Virus record (IMG/VR): IMGVR_UViG_3300023202_000383
Span: 62,001-126,000 of that record
Strand: one strand, 5' to 3'
DNA length: 64,000 nucleotides
A program made the translations under genes and the position numbers. Of this stretch, positions 29,614 through 38,859 are shown piece after piece. Under the pieces are notes generated by a model. It had not been told where the DNA came from and ran no database searches. It saw nothing but the letters and a program-made list of their open reading frames with translations. Positions within the stretch are counted from its first letter, which is position 1, and each line of letters opens with the position of its first letter.

Positions 29614-31598
29614 TGGTGAATCAATTCGGTGGACAAACGAGGACGTCGTTTTTCTCTAACGAAGGCCAAAACCAAGTTAGAGAAACGCTGTTCCAGTTGC
29701 CCGTTGACCCAGAGCAGTTTGGTGTTTTGCTGCCTCCAGCTGACTTGCGTAGGCTTGATTTTAGTGCCCTTGAATTCACTACTGCTAGAAGAGCATTGAT
29801 TGAGTACATCAGGACCTACTTCCCTGATGATTTTAATGATTTTGTTGCCAATAATGGCATTATAATGCTCGTTGAATTGCTGTCATATATTACGGCAGTT
29901 CTAAGTTTGAGGGCTGATGTTTTAGCAAACGAAGCGTTTTTGCCGACAGCCAATACTGAGAATGCTGTCGTAAACCATCTTGCATTGATATCTCAGAAGA
30001 TACGCAGAGCATCTCCTGCCGTAACTGACATAGAGTTATCGATTCCTAATAGGTTGGGATCTGATGTCAGGGTTCCGCCTGGATTATCTTTCCAGATTTC
30101 TGGTGGTGATGGTGACAATATTACATATGAAGTGTTCAGATCGCCTGATGATTTTACGTCAGATATAATAATTCCAGCTGGTAAACGTGGAATAATAGCG
30201 TTTGGAATAGAAGGTAGGACAAAGAGCCAAACGAGTATAAGCGAAGGCATATCCGATCAGAGGATATCTATACTTGATGACTCTATACTTGAGAGTCCAG
30301 TGAGAGTAACGGTTTCTGGTGCTGGGTCTAGCAATCAATGGGATAGGATTGAGTTCATAGAGCAAGCCAACCCTACTGATGAAGTTTTCGAAGCCAGATT
30401 CTTTGAAGGTGAATTGCAGATAGTATTTGGGAACAATGTTACTGGTGCGATCCCAGAGAATGGTGCTACAATAGAAGTGGAATACCGCACTGGCGGCGGC
30501 AGAAGAGGCAGGATTGGTGCTGGTGTTATAGACGAAACCAGGCCGATTACTCCTGAATTTCCATTTACTGCTACTATAGACGTCAGGTTTAGAAACATAA
30601 GTGGCAGCTCTGGTGGCGATGATCAGGAATCGATAGACGAGGCTAAGAGAAGAGCACCGAGGGATTTTGCTACTAGAAATGTCGCGGTGGCTGCCGAAGA
30701 CTACGCACAGTTGGTTAATTCGTTTAGCCACCCGACATTTGGGTCAGTAAGTAAATCTCTTGCTACAATAAGAACGGGACTAAATTCCAATAGAGTGGAA
30801 TTGCATATTCTGGCAGAGGGCACAGATGGAGCGATAACTACGCCTAGTGTCGGTTTAAAAAAGGCAGTGGACACATTTATTACCGATCTGAATGTGTTGA
30901 CAGACCATGTCGTTGTTCTTGATGCTATTATAAAGAATGTAGATTTAGAAATGCAGGTAATAATCAACAGAAGAGCAGATCCTACTGTTGTAAAGCAAGC
31001 AGTCAATGACGCCATAGATAACTTCTTCGACATCAACAATTTCGACTTGGGTGATCCATTTTATGTATCTCGCTTGTGCGATGCGATCCAGAGTGTAGAT
31101 GGTGTTTCTTACGTTGACATAATCAAGCCATCTGATAACATTCTTCCGGTTGATAGGTTGGGCGAACAGAGAGTGCTTAATGTTGAGGTCCAAACCAAGA
31201 CTGTAACACATCCTGAATTTGGCAATGGCGATAATGCTGGATACAAAATAAATGGGATAGAAGGCAAAGAGTTAAATCTTGAGATCGGCGTTGAATATAC
31301 ATTTAATGTCGATGCCGATGGTCAACCATTCTATTTGACTACTAGCAATGTAGGCCAAGACCCAGACGCTATAATAACTGATGGTGTTGAAAGCAGCACA
31401 GATGGGTATCCCACTGATTCTGGATCATTTACATTCACTCCATCAGAAAGCACTCCCAGTGCATTCTGGTATCAATCATTAGCCGGTAATAGCCTAGGAT
31501 GGAAAATAAATGTCGTCCAGCAGGGGATTGGCAGGAACGAAATCATAAGACTCGGAGATCGTCAGCTCAAGTTCTTCTTTGAAAGAAGACCGACGTAA
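29613..31598 (+). CDS. Baseplate wedge subunit (gp6/baseplate J-like) with inserted C-terminal beta domain
   Basis: DFSALEF..FNDF..MLVELLSY..NEAFLPTA; FGNNVTGAIP; YRTGGGRRG; GGDDQES..AVAAEDY. Confidence 0.9.
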   Translation: MVNQFGGQTRTSFFSNEGQNQVRETLFQLPVDPEQFGVLLPPADLRRLDFSALEFTTARRALIEYIRTYFPDDFNDFVANNGIIMLVELLSYITAVLSLRADVLANEAFLPTANTENAVVNHLALISQKIRRASPAVTDIELSIPNRLGSDVRVPPGLSFQISGGDGDNITYEVFRSPDDFTSDIIIPAGKRGIIAFGIEGRTKSQTSISEGISDQRISILDDSILESPVRVTVSGAGSSNQWDRIEFIEQANPTDEVFEARFFEGELQIVFGNNVTGAIPENGATIEVEYRTGGGRRGRIGAGVIDETRPITPEFPFTATIDVRFRNISGSSGGDDQESIDEAKRRAPRDFATRNVAVAAEDYAQLVNSFSHPTFGSVSKSLATIRTGLNSNRVELHILAEGTDGAITTPSVGLKKAVDTFITDLNVLTDHVVVLDAIIKNVDLEMQVIINRRADPTVVKQAVNDAIDNFFDINNFDLGDPFYVSRLCDAIQSVDGVSYVDIIKPSDNILPVDRLGEQRVLNVEVQTKTVTHPEFGNGDNAGYKINGIEGKELNLEIGVEYTFNVDADGQPFYLTTSNVGQDPDAIITDGVESSTDGYPTDSGSFTFTPSESTPSAFWYQSLAGNSLGWKINVVQQGIGRNEIIRLGDRQLKFFFERRPT

Positions 31599-31660
31599 TT
31601 ATTTTCTTAATCCAACCGATGCCGCCCACGGCATCGTAACGCGTACCGGAAAGACAATAA

Positions 31661-31945
31661 TTATAGTACTCTTAGGCCATCGCTGTGCATTAAATTGGAT
31701 TTCGCGTATTTAGCTAGTTGTATGGCGATTCTGGCTTTATCGTAATCGTGTCCGCATTCATATATTATTGGAGTGTGCGGCAATTCAGGGTCAACCACTA
31801 TCATCATAGCGGTAGGGATATCCCTTTCTTCGCATTTCTTGCTTATTTCTTCGTACCACAACTTATATAGCTCGTCGTGTTTTTCTTTTAGTTGTTCTTC
31901 ATTAATTTCTGTATTATTAGATTTTGTGCTACTTTTCTTAGCCAT
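31661..31945 (-). CDS. Hypothetical protein
   Basis: GGAG RBS 5 nt before the ATG (MAKKSS...). Confidence 0.6.
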   Translation of the reverse strand: MAKKSSTKSNNTEINEEQLKEKHDELYKLWYEEISKKCEERDIPTAMMIVVDPELPHTPIIYECGHDYDKARIAIQLAKYAKSNLMHSDGLRVL

Positions 31946-32582
31946 GTCTACTCCAGATGATAAAATTTGGGCGACCTTCAAATACTGTAGTGATGCCTTC
32001 GCTTCTGTTGGCCATCCTGTTTCATTTCCGCCTAATACTGATCCAAAAACAACCTACAAGTGGAGATATCTTAAGCGTTTCCATGAACAAGTGACCGAAA
32101 TGGGCTTAAGTAGCAATAGTATATTTAAAATTGCTGTTGCGATGGCTTTGGAAGCTAAGAAGAAAGGGCACCTTAGAAGAAAGGGCATGGCTATATTGGC
32201 ATCCGACAATCTATTGGAAGTTGGATGCAAGTTGTTGGAAGCAGAAGATAAAGCGCAAGACAATATAATCGATAGGATTGTGGCTAGCAGGAAATTTGTT
32301 GAATCGCTTGATAATCCTATCGACAGAATGATATCATCGGCAAGTGATGAAGCATTGCCTAATATTGTCATGTGGCACATGGATGGTAGTATATCGACAG
32401 TATACTTGTCTATTTCAAAGACATGTAATGCGGCTATGCGCAAAATAGACAAGGACGATAGAAAATTACTGCCCGACGCTGTTGAATTAATCAAAGCAAG
32501 AAGAAAAGTCGAAAAACCAGCACGACTAAAAGCTAGAGTCAGAGCCATGATGGGCAATGATTGGATCTACCAAGGAGTATAA
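31944..32582 (+). CDS. Hypothetical protein
   Basis: ORF 31773..32582; the upstream part is antisense to another gene, so ATG 31944 is the likelier start. Confidence 0.6.
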   Translation: MSTPDDKIWATFKYCSDAFASVGHPVSFPPNTDPKTTYKWRYLKRFHEQVTEMGLSSNSIFKIAVAMALEAKKKGHLRRKGMAILASDNLLEVGCKLLEAEDKAQDNIIDRIVASRKFVESLDNPIDRMISSASDEALPNIVMWHMDGSISTVYLSISKTCNAAMRKIDKDDRKLLPDAVELIKARRKVEKPARLKARVRAMMGNDWIYQGV

Positions 32583-32583
32583 A

Positions 32584-33027
32584 ATGAAGATAGGATTCAC
32601 TGGAACACGTGAAGGGATGACGGATGAGCAGAAGAGCAAAGTATCTGAAATTCTAAAGGATTTCGATATAGAAGAAGCTCACCATGGAGATTGTGTTGGA
32701 GCTGATTCTGACTTCCACGAGATGTTAGATGAAAATGTTATCCATATTCATCCACCTAAAAACGAATCTAAAAGGGCGTTTTGTGAGGGAGGTATTGTTT
32801 ATTCTGGGAGACCGTATCTTGTAAGAAACAGAGATATAGTCAATAGCAGCGATATTTTGATAGCTACGCCAAAAGATATGAAAGAACATTTTAGGTCGTC
32901 GGGAACTTGGGCTACCATTAGGTTCGCAAGACACAGAAAAATTCCGATATATATTGTATGGCCTGATGGTACGCTAAAGGTAGAGAATGCTAGTCAGAAT
33001 ACTGAACAATCAGACGCTAAAGTTTGA
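32584..33027 (+). CDS. SLOG/YspA-like Rossmann-fold protein
   Basis: IGFTGTREG, HHGDCVGAD, YLVRNRDIV, SGTWATIRFAR. Confidence 0.75.
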   Translation: MKIGFTGTREGMTDEQKSKVSEILKDFDIEEAHHGDCVGADSDFHEMLDENVIHIHPPKNESKRAFCEGGIVYSGRPYLVRNRDIVNSSDILIATPKDMKEHFRSSGTWATIRFARHRKIPIYIVWPDGTLKVENASQNTEQSDAKV

Positions 33028-34534
33028 GCAAATTACTCAACCTGAAGAAGATGTAATAATTAAAGAATTCAGTATCAAGCATCCAAGAAGTATATATATT
33101 GATACTGAAATGGGCAACTTCGACGGTTGGATACGCAAGTACAGATATAAAACTCAAACTATGAGCAGAGCACTGCTCGGTGAATTGATATCTGTTTGTA
33201 AAAAGCATGGGCTGCCGCTTAATATAAAAGATGATAGGCCGCCTCCTAAGTACCCGGCACCAGATCCAGAATCGATCAAAGACGACATATTGCCTGGGAT
33301 TGTCTTAGATCCTCATCAATTGCGGGCTGCAAAGGCATGTTGTAGAGCTGAATGTGGATTGGTAAGTGTTCCAACAGGCGGCGGCAAAAGCGAGATAATA
33401 GCTGTTATTGCTAAAATGTATAACTGTCCGACTGTTATTATAGCTGAACAGATAGTTGTAATTGAACAAATAAAGAAGAGGCTAGAACTCAGAGATGTTG
33501 TAGAGGAAGTTGGCTTGTTCTGTTGTGGTAAGAGACCAAATGATCAGCAGGTCATTGTTGGATCTATTCAATCTATCATAATTCCATCCAATCCTCCAAA
33601 GAAATTAAAAAAAGATACACCCGAAAGTTATGAAGCTAAGATGAAAGGATATAAAACTAGGCGAAAGAATGCTAGAACGTTGAGAGAAATAATTAAGAAG
33701 TGTGATCTTTTGATGGTAGATGAATGCGATAAAGCAACTACTCGCAATTATAGAAAGCTGTTCAGATATTGGTATAAAGGCCGTCGCAGGTATGGTTTTT
33801 CCGGGACCTGTGAGGACCCTGCAAAGCCGGTAGAAAATCTCAATATGAAGGAGAATTTAGGCTCTATTATCGCTAGGGCATCTAGGGCCGAGCTTGAAGC
33901 TATAAATAGGATTATCCCAGTAACATACACTGCTATGGCTTTCGGTGACCCATCTCAGAAACATAACAAAGCTGCATATGATATAGCAGAAAATGATCAT
34001 ATAGTCGAGAATGAGAAATTTCATAAATTAGTGTCGAAGCTTGCGATTATGAAGTCCAATGAGTCTGACGATCATGGTGTGCTGATATTGGTCGAAAAGA
34101 TAAATCTCGGCAAAGCGTTGGAAGAATTGATTCCTGGATCTAAATTTATATATGGTAAGACTAGCAAAACAAAACGCAGAAAGATTATAGAGGGGTTCGA
34201 GAATAGAGATATAAAAGTCTTGATCGGCGGTAAAATTGTAAAACGCGGCCTTGATCTTAATGGTGGGTGCGAATCATTAATTATCGCTACCGGCGGGCGA
34301 CTATGGTCTGACTTTGATCAAAAAGTTGGTAGGGCTGTTAGGCAGAACAAACGTGGATTTTCTGAGATTTATGACTTTTACTTTTTGTGTAATTATTATT
34401 TATATGAACATTCTAGGGGTCGTTTGAAGGCAATAGTCAATATGGGATATCCTGCCAAAGTAATATTCCCACATGTTGTTCTAGAGGCCAAGAAGTTCAT
34501 CAAATCTAGGTTTAGGATTCCTAAAAAGAAGTAA
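32987..34534 (+). CDS. Superfamily 2 DNA helicase (UvsW-like)
   Basis: PTGGGKS, VDECD, GFSGT, RGLD, QKVGRAVR. Confidence 0.9.
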   Translation: MLVRILNNQTLKFEQITQPEEDVIIKEFSIKHPRSIYIDTEMGNFDGWIRKYRYKTQTMSRALLGELISVCKKHGLPLNIKDDRPPPKYPAPDPESIKDDILPGIVLDPHQLRAAKACCRAECGLVSVPTGGGKSEIIAVIAKMYNCPTVIIAEQIVVIEQIKKRLELRDVVEEVGLFCCGKRPNDQQVIVGSIQSIIIPSNPPKKLKKDTPESYEAKMKGYKTRRKNARTLREIIKKCDLLMVDECDKATTRNYRKLFRYWYKGRRRYGFSGTCEDPAKPVENLNMKENLGSIIARASRAELEAINRIIPVTYTAMAFGDPSQKHNKAAYDIAENDHIVENEKFHKLVSKLAIMKSNESDDHGVLILVEKINLGKALEELIPGSKFIYGKTSKTKRRKIIEGFENRDIKVLIGGKIVKRGLDLNGGCESLIIATGGRLWSDFDQKVGRAVRQNKRGFSEIYDFYFLCNYYLYEHSRGRLKAIVNMGYPAKVIFPHVVLEAKKFIKSRFRIPKKK

Positions 34535-34622
34535 TTCTTAGTAAAAATATTACCCAGAGTGTTTTTCTCTATTTGTGAAGTGAGTAAATAATTATAGAGT
34601 TACTCATTTTACGCGGGATGCT

Positions 34623-36821
34623 ATGGGTAAATTAAAAGTACCTGAAGTAATAAATATACCTACCCAAAATATCCGTCAACTTTATTTTGACAACAATAAA
34701 GTTGAGGATCTTCTGGTCAGATATGTATGGACTGGATGCACGGATGTAAAAATGCGTGATGGGGTTATGGAGCATGCCGAAGAATTAATTAGGCAAATCA
34801 TTAGAGCTCATAATCTGCACAGAATATATCCTGGCCATGAAGAGTCGACATTTGGCGATTTGTTTCAGACTGCATGGGTTCAGATAGAAAAGACGCTATA
34901 TAAATATAAGGCCCGTCCCTACTGTGCATATTGCCATGATATGAATAGGCCTCAGGATTCGTGCTTGTATGTCCCTGGCCCAATCGAATATGGTATTCTG
35001 ACGCCAGAGGATGTGGCCAAGAAAAAACTCAAATGCCCTAACAAAAAATGTGAGAAATTTGGTAAAGCGCCGGACAAAATCATATATAGGGGAGAATCCA
35101 AAGTCTTCAACTTGTGGTGCGTCAGGCCAGAAACCACAATATTTGGAGTCAACGGTATAGATACCATTGATAATGTTTCTAGAAGAATTGGATATGATGA
35201 TAGAGAGGAAATGTGGACAATTGGTATGAATGGCAGCCCAAGAAAGGTTATTGCTGGAATTTCTAAGCCATTGACCAATGTTATCGATATCAGGACAGAA
35301 CTTGGTTACGAAATAGGATGTACACCAGAACATTCATTAATGTGCGATAGTGGATGGGAAAAAGCCAAGAATATTAAAATTGGCGATCTAGTAGCAATTG
35401 AATACAATCAACAATTTTATGTTGATAACAATAATATAGATATAGAATTAACAAAGAATAAACCTGGTTGCAGCGGCGTTCGGAATGATGATTGGCATCC
35501 TCCCAAAATGTTTAATGAAGAGTTATCATATATTTTGGGGCTATATGTGGCGGAGGGTTCGTGTTCAAAAACGCAAGTTGCTATATATAATATTGATAGT
35601 GATGTTGTAAATGCATTAGTAAATAACAATTTAGGGTTAAAATTTGTAAACCATCCGAAAAAACAGGTTACAATATGTTGCAATAAGAGGTTTTCTGAAT
35701 TTGTCGATAAACTTGGATTTGGAAACAAGGCCTGTGATAAACAAATACCACAAATAATGATGCGGATGTCTAAGGAAAACATCATAGCAATGATTAGGGG
35801 AATTGCTGATGGTGATGGTCATTCATCATCCCACAACGGCACTGTTGGATTTACTAGTACCTCAGTAAAATTGATAGACCAATTGAGAATGCTTTTGTTA
35901 AATCTTGGGTTACTTACTAAAATAAGTGTAGATAATAGAACAATCAATGAGTTTAGAAAAGGTAATAAAACTTATAAATCTAACAAGAGTATAGCATACC
36001 AATTGCAATTGCCGACAGATGATTCAAAAAGATTTTATGATACTGTAGGATTTGGTATTAAGCGTAAGCAGGCCAAACAAAATAAATTAAAGCAACCGAG
36101 GAGACACATATATGGTCTAAATGATAAATTCAGAAGATTATATAATAAATATGGCTGCGGTGATCTTGGATATGATAAGATTAGGACTGTTATACGAACG
36201 GATAGGACAAGATGTGTATTATCTACTGCTATAACTATGCTACATAATTGGTCTAAATTTTCTGATGATAAAGATTATAAATCTATAAAGAATATAATAG
36301 ACAAGCATATCTCGAGCGGCGTCAGATCTATATTGGTCCCAGTTATAGGCATTAGGGAAGGGATGAGTCCAGTACATGAAATATCTGTTGACTCAGAGGA
36401 TCATTCATATATAGCAAATGGTATAGTATCACACAATTCACAAGTTGCAAGAACTGTGATATTGGCATATATCAAAAAAGAAGGCAGAGATTATAAGAAT
36501 TCCGGTGCATATAAGAAGCACCTTGAAAGTCAGACTAGGTCTGATAGCGATAAGATGAATAGGTTCCTGGATGAAGCAACCGAGATATTGAAGTACAATA
36601 ATACCCATGCTGAGATATTAGAAGCGTTGAAGCACATAGTAAGAACTGATTCCAGACCATATGAAGGGATAATTGGCAAGCTTGTCAAGCATTCTGGGCA
36701 ATCCAGAGCCCAAGTCGCGGGGTTCTTGAGAATGATAAGGCTGAGATGCGACGAATTCACTGATTCGCCTCTAAATGAAGATATCGATAGAGAAAAGTCG
36801 TACTCTACAGATGACGAATAA
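34623..36821 (+). CDS. Late-transcription sigma-like factor (gp55-like) with zinc-ribbon insert and intein
   Basis: Spliced exteins give YFDN..DLFQTAW..KVFNLW|SQVARTVILAYIKKE, like the gp55-type FxYFTQI..AFL..IxKE region. Confidence 0.6.
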   Translation: MGKLKVPEVINIPTQNIRQLYFDNNKVEDLLVRYVWTGCTDVKMRDGVMEHAEELIRQIIRAHNLHRIYPGHEESTFGDLFQTAWVQIEKTLYKYKARPYCAYCHDMNRPQDSCLYVPGPIEYGILTPEDVAKKKLKCPNKKCEKFGKAPDKIIYRGESKVFNLWCVRPETTIFGVNGIDTIDNVSRRIGYDDREEMWTIGMNGSPRKVIAGISKPLTNVIDIRTELGYEIGCTPEHSLMCDSGWEKAKNIKIGDLVAIEYNQQFYVDNNNIDIELTKNKPGCSGVRNDDWHPPKMFNEELSYILGLYVAEGSCSKTQVAIYNIDSDVVNALVNNNLGLKFVNHPKKQVTICCNKRFSEFVDKLGFGNKACDKQIPQIMMRMSKENIIAMIRGIADGDGHSSSHNGTVGFTSTSVKLIDQLRMLLLNLGLLTKISVDNRTINEFRKGNKTYKSNKSIAYQLQLPTDDSKRFYDTVGFGIKRKQAKQNKLKQPRRHIYGLNDKFRRLYNKYGCGDLGYDKIRTVIRTDRTRCVLSTAITMLHNWSKFSDDKDYKSIKNIIDKHISSGVRSILVPVIGIREGMSPVHEISVDSEDHSYIANGIVSHNSQVARTVILAYIKKEGRDYKNSGAYKKHLESQTRSDSDKMNRFLDEATEILKYNNTHAEILEALKHIVRTDSRPYEGIIGKLVKHSGQSRAQVAGFLRMIRLRCDEFTDSPLNEDIDREKSYSTDDE
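35118..36437 (+). mobile_element. Intein with LAGLIDADG endonuclease (440 aa)
   Basis: W|CVRPET, GCTPEHSL, LGLYVAEG, RGIADGDG, SYIANGIVSHN|S. Confidence 0.95.
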
Positions 36822-36835
36822 ATATAATTTGGAGG

Positions 36836-37510
36836 TTGCCTGTGTCAAAAGACATTAAAGAATCAAGTGTAGATCCTGTAGAAAGAGTACAGCGTAAAGT
36901 TAGAGGCAAGAAAGTTGGTAAGGATAAGAAAAAGCCTGAACCAACTGTAAGGCGTGACGCTGAGCCTGTAACAAAGAAGAAAAACGACCCCAACAATACT
37001 GCATATGGCAAGGGCAGTTTAAGGGGATCTAAACATAAGTGGATCAATAAGAGAAAATCCAGAGACTACCATAGAGCTGAAGAGTTTTTGCTCAGTTCAG
37101 AAAGCAAGCCCATATATGAAGTTATCGAAAATTTGTCAGATATTGATGATTTCTCGAGCATTGTACAGTTGATCGATAGGTTATTGGAAGAAGAAACCAA
37201 GTTTGATGATAATTGGTTATCTACGATCAGGGATACTGTAGTGACTATAGCCGAAGCCCGTGGTATGAGATCGGAGCCATTTGTTGTGAAAATTGGCGAC
37301 GAAGAGGGGCAGAAAAAAGCTGAGAGGAAAATGAAATCGTTGCTAAGGCAAGATATGTATGAGATGTTTACTCATAAATGGATAGAGAAGGTAATTGACA
37401 GAAAGCACAATATTATAAGATATTTTGCCGTAGCAGAACAATCTTATGGGGACAGGCTAAGAAAAGCGGAAGAAAATCCTAATATAGAAATTATAAAGAT
37501 CTTTTCTTAG
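36836..37510 (+). CDS. Hypothetical protein with basic N-terminus
   Basis: Long ORF with a GGAGG RBS near the start. Confidence 0.6.
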   Translation: MPVSKDIKESSVDPVERVQRKVRGKKVGKDKKKPEPTVRRDAEPVTKKKNDPNNTAYGKGSLRGSKHKWINKRKSRDYHRAEEFLLSSESKPIYEVIENLSDIDDFSSIVQLIDRLLEEETKFDDNWLSTIRDTVVTIAEARGMRSEPFVVKIGDEEGQKKAERKMKSLLRQDMYEMFTHKWIEKVIDRKHNIIRYFAVAEQSYGDRLRKAEENPNIEIIKIFS

Positions 37511-37529
37511 CAAAGATACTTTAGCTAAA

Positions 37530-38780
37530 ATGGAGAATTTTACTATGGATAGGTATGATCCGAAACTTATCGCTGAGCAGATGGATTTTGAACCAGAAGA
37601 TGTCGATGTCGATGTGAATGACGTCCCTTCTGACGTCCCTTCTGACGTCCCTTCTGACGTCCCTTCTGATGTCGCTGGCGATATGGATTATGATGCGCCT
37701 GATGACTATGATGTTCATGATGAAGGCGAAGATGAAGGCCCAGTTGTTCATCTTACAAGAGAGCTTTTAAAACAGCTAGTCCAGGAAGTCATGGAATTAG
37801 AACTTGGCGACTGGGTTGGCGACAGAGATCTCGCCAGTGAATTAGCAGACAAGGCCGAAGAGCTTTGTTGCGGCGATGAAGATGAAGCGGTCGATTTGAC
37901 CACTGAACATCTTGATGACCTTAAATCTGTCTTGTCGCCAGGAGATGAAGACGAAGATGAAGACGAAGATGGGGGCGAAGCTGGTGATGGTGGCGAAGAG
38001 GGCGACGAAGCTAGTGATGATGAGGGCGAAGATGACGGCGGCGATGATGAAGATTATGAAGACGACATGAAGAAGGGTGACTATGATAAGGACCCCCATG
38101 CTGCAGCCCTAGGCGGCAAGGGCGATGAGGAGGATCCACATGCCGCAGCATTAGGGCGAAAAGAAGATAAGGACGAGCAGGGCAACCCAATCCAGGAGAT
38201 GGCTGATTCCATGTGTGCTATTCCTGGGTGCCCGCATGAGTGTGCATGTAAGCAATGCTGCTGCTGCGAATCACATTGCGAATGTTTAGAGCAGGTTGGT
38301 CCTGGTGCTGAGATGATGGCTGGCGATTATGAAGAGGCGGACATGGAGGCTCATTGTGCTGCCGGTGATTATGAAAAAGATGAGGAGAGATATAGCGAGT
38401 CTCATAAGAAGCTCATCGGTCGCAACAAAGAAGTTGTGGAAGAGGACAAGAAAGAGGCCAAGCCTGAACCAAGAATCAAGCCACTAACTGAAAGTGGTAA
38501 AATTCGTCATATCATATCAGAGAGCGTTTCTAAAGTCGTCAAAAACATATCTGAATCGTACGATATGAAGTTTGAAGACACTAAAAATCCAGACATTGTA
38601 AAAATAGTGTCTGAGCACAAAGAATCTCAGCTTAAGTTAATCGAAGAGAATATCAACCTTGTTCTTGAAAGCAAGAGCTGGCTCATGAGTCGGGATGCAG
38701 AAAAGCTTATTGGATACAATAAATGCAGCCTTATCAAGCCAGAGAAGGCTAAGCATTATTACTTGTTGTTCGATAAGTAA
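37530..38780 (+). CDS. Highly acidic low-complexity protein (probable prohead core/internal protein)
   Basis: D/E-rich; CAAAGATA upstream; Cys cluster; DPHAAALG x2. Confidence 0.6.
   Translation: MENFTMDRYDPKLIAEQMDFEPEDVDVDVNDVPSDVPSDVPSDVPSDVAGDMDYDAPDDYDVHDEGEDEGPVVHLTRELLKQLVQEVMELELGDWVGDRDLASELADKAEELCCGDEDEAVDLTTEHLDDLKSVLSPGDEDEDEDEDGGEAGDGGEEGDEASDDEGEDDGGDDEDYEDDMKKGDYDKDPHAAALGGKGDEEDPHAAALGRKEDKDEQGNPIQEMADSMCAIPGCPHECACKQCCCCESHCECLEQVGPGAEMMAGDYEEADMEAHCAAGDYEKDEERYSESHKKLIGRNKEVVEEDKKEAKPEPRIKPLTESGKIRHIISESVSKVVKNISESYDMKFEDTKNPDIVKIVSEHKESQLKLIEENINLVLESKSWLMSRDAEKLIGYNKCSLIKPEKAKHYYLLFDK
37619..37666 (+). repeat. 12-bp tandem repeat x4 (DVPS)
   Basis: TGACGTCCCTTC x4. Confidence 0.95.
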
Positions 38781-38859
38781 GGAAAGTGATGTCCGATAAA
38801 GATTTTATCAAGCGTATCGCTGGCCTAATAAGTGAAGATGCAGACGGCGGTAGTAGGAA

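Noticed and set aside
31618-31635. GATGCCG-ccca-CGGCATC hairpin between convergent genes
   Set aside because: Short stem with no adjacent U-tract; too weak to call a terminator.
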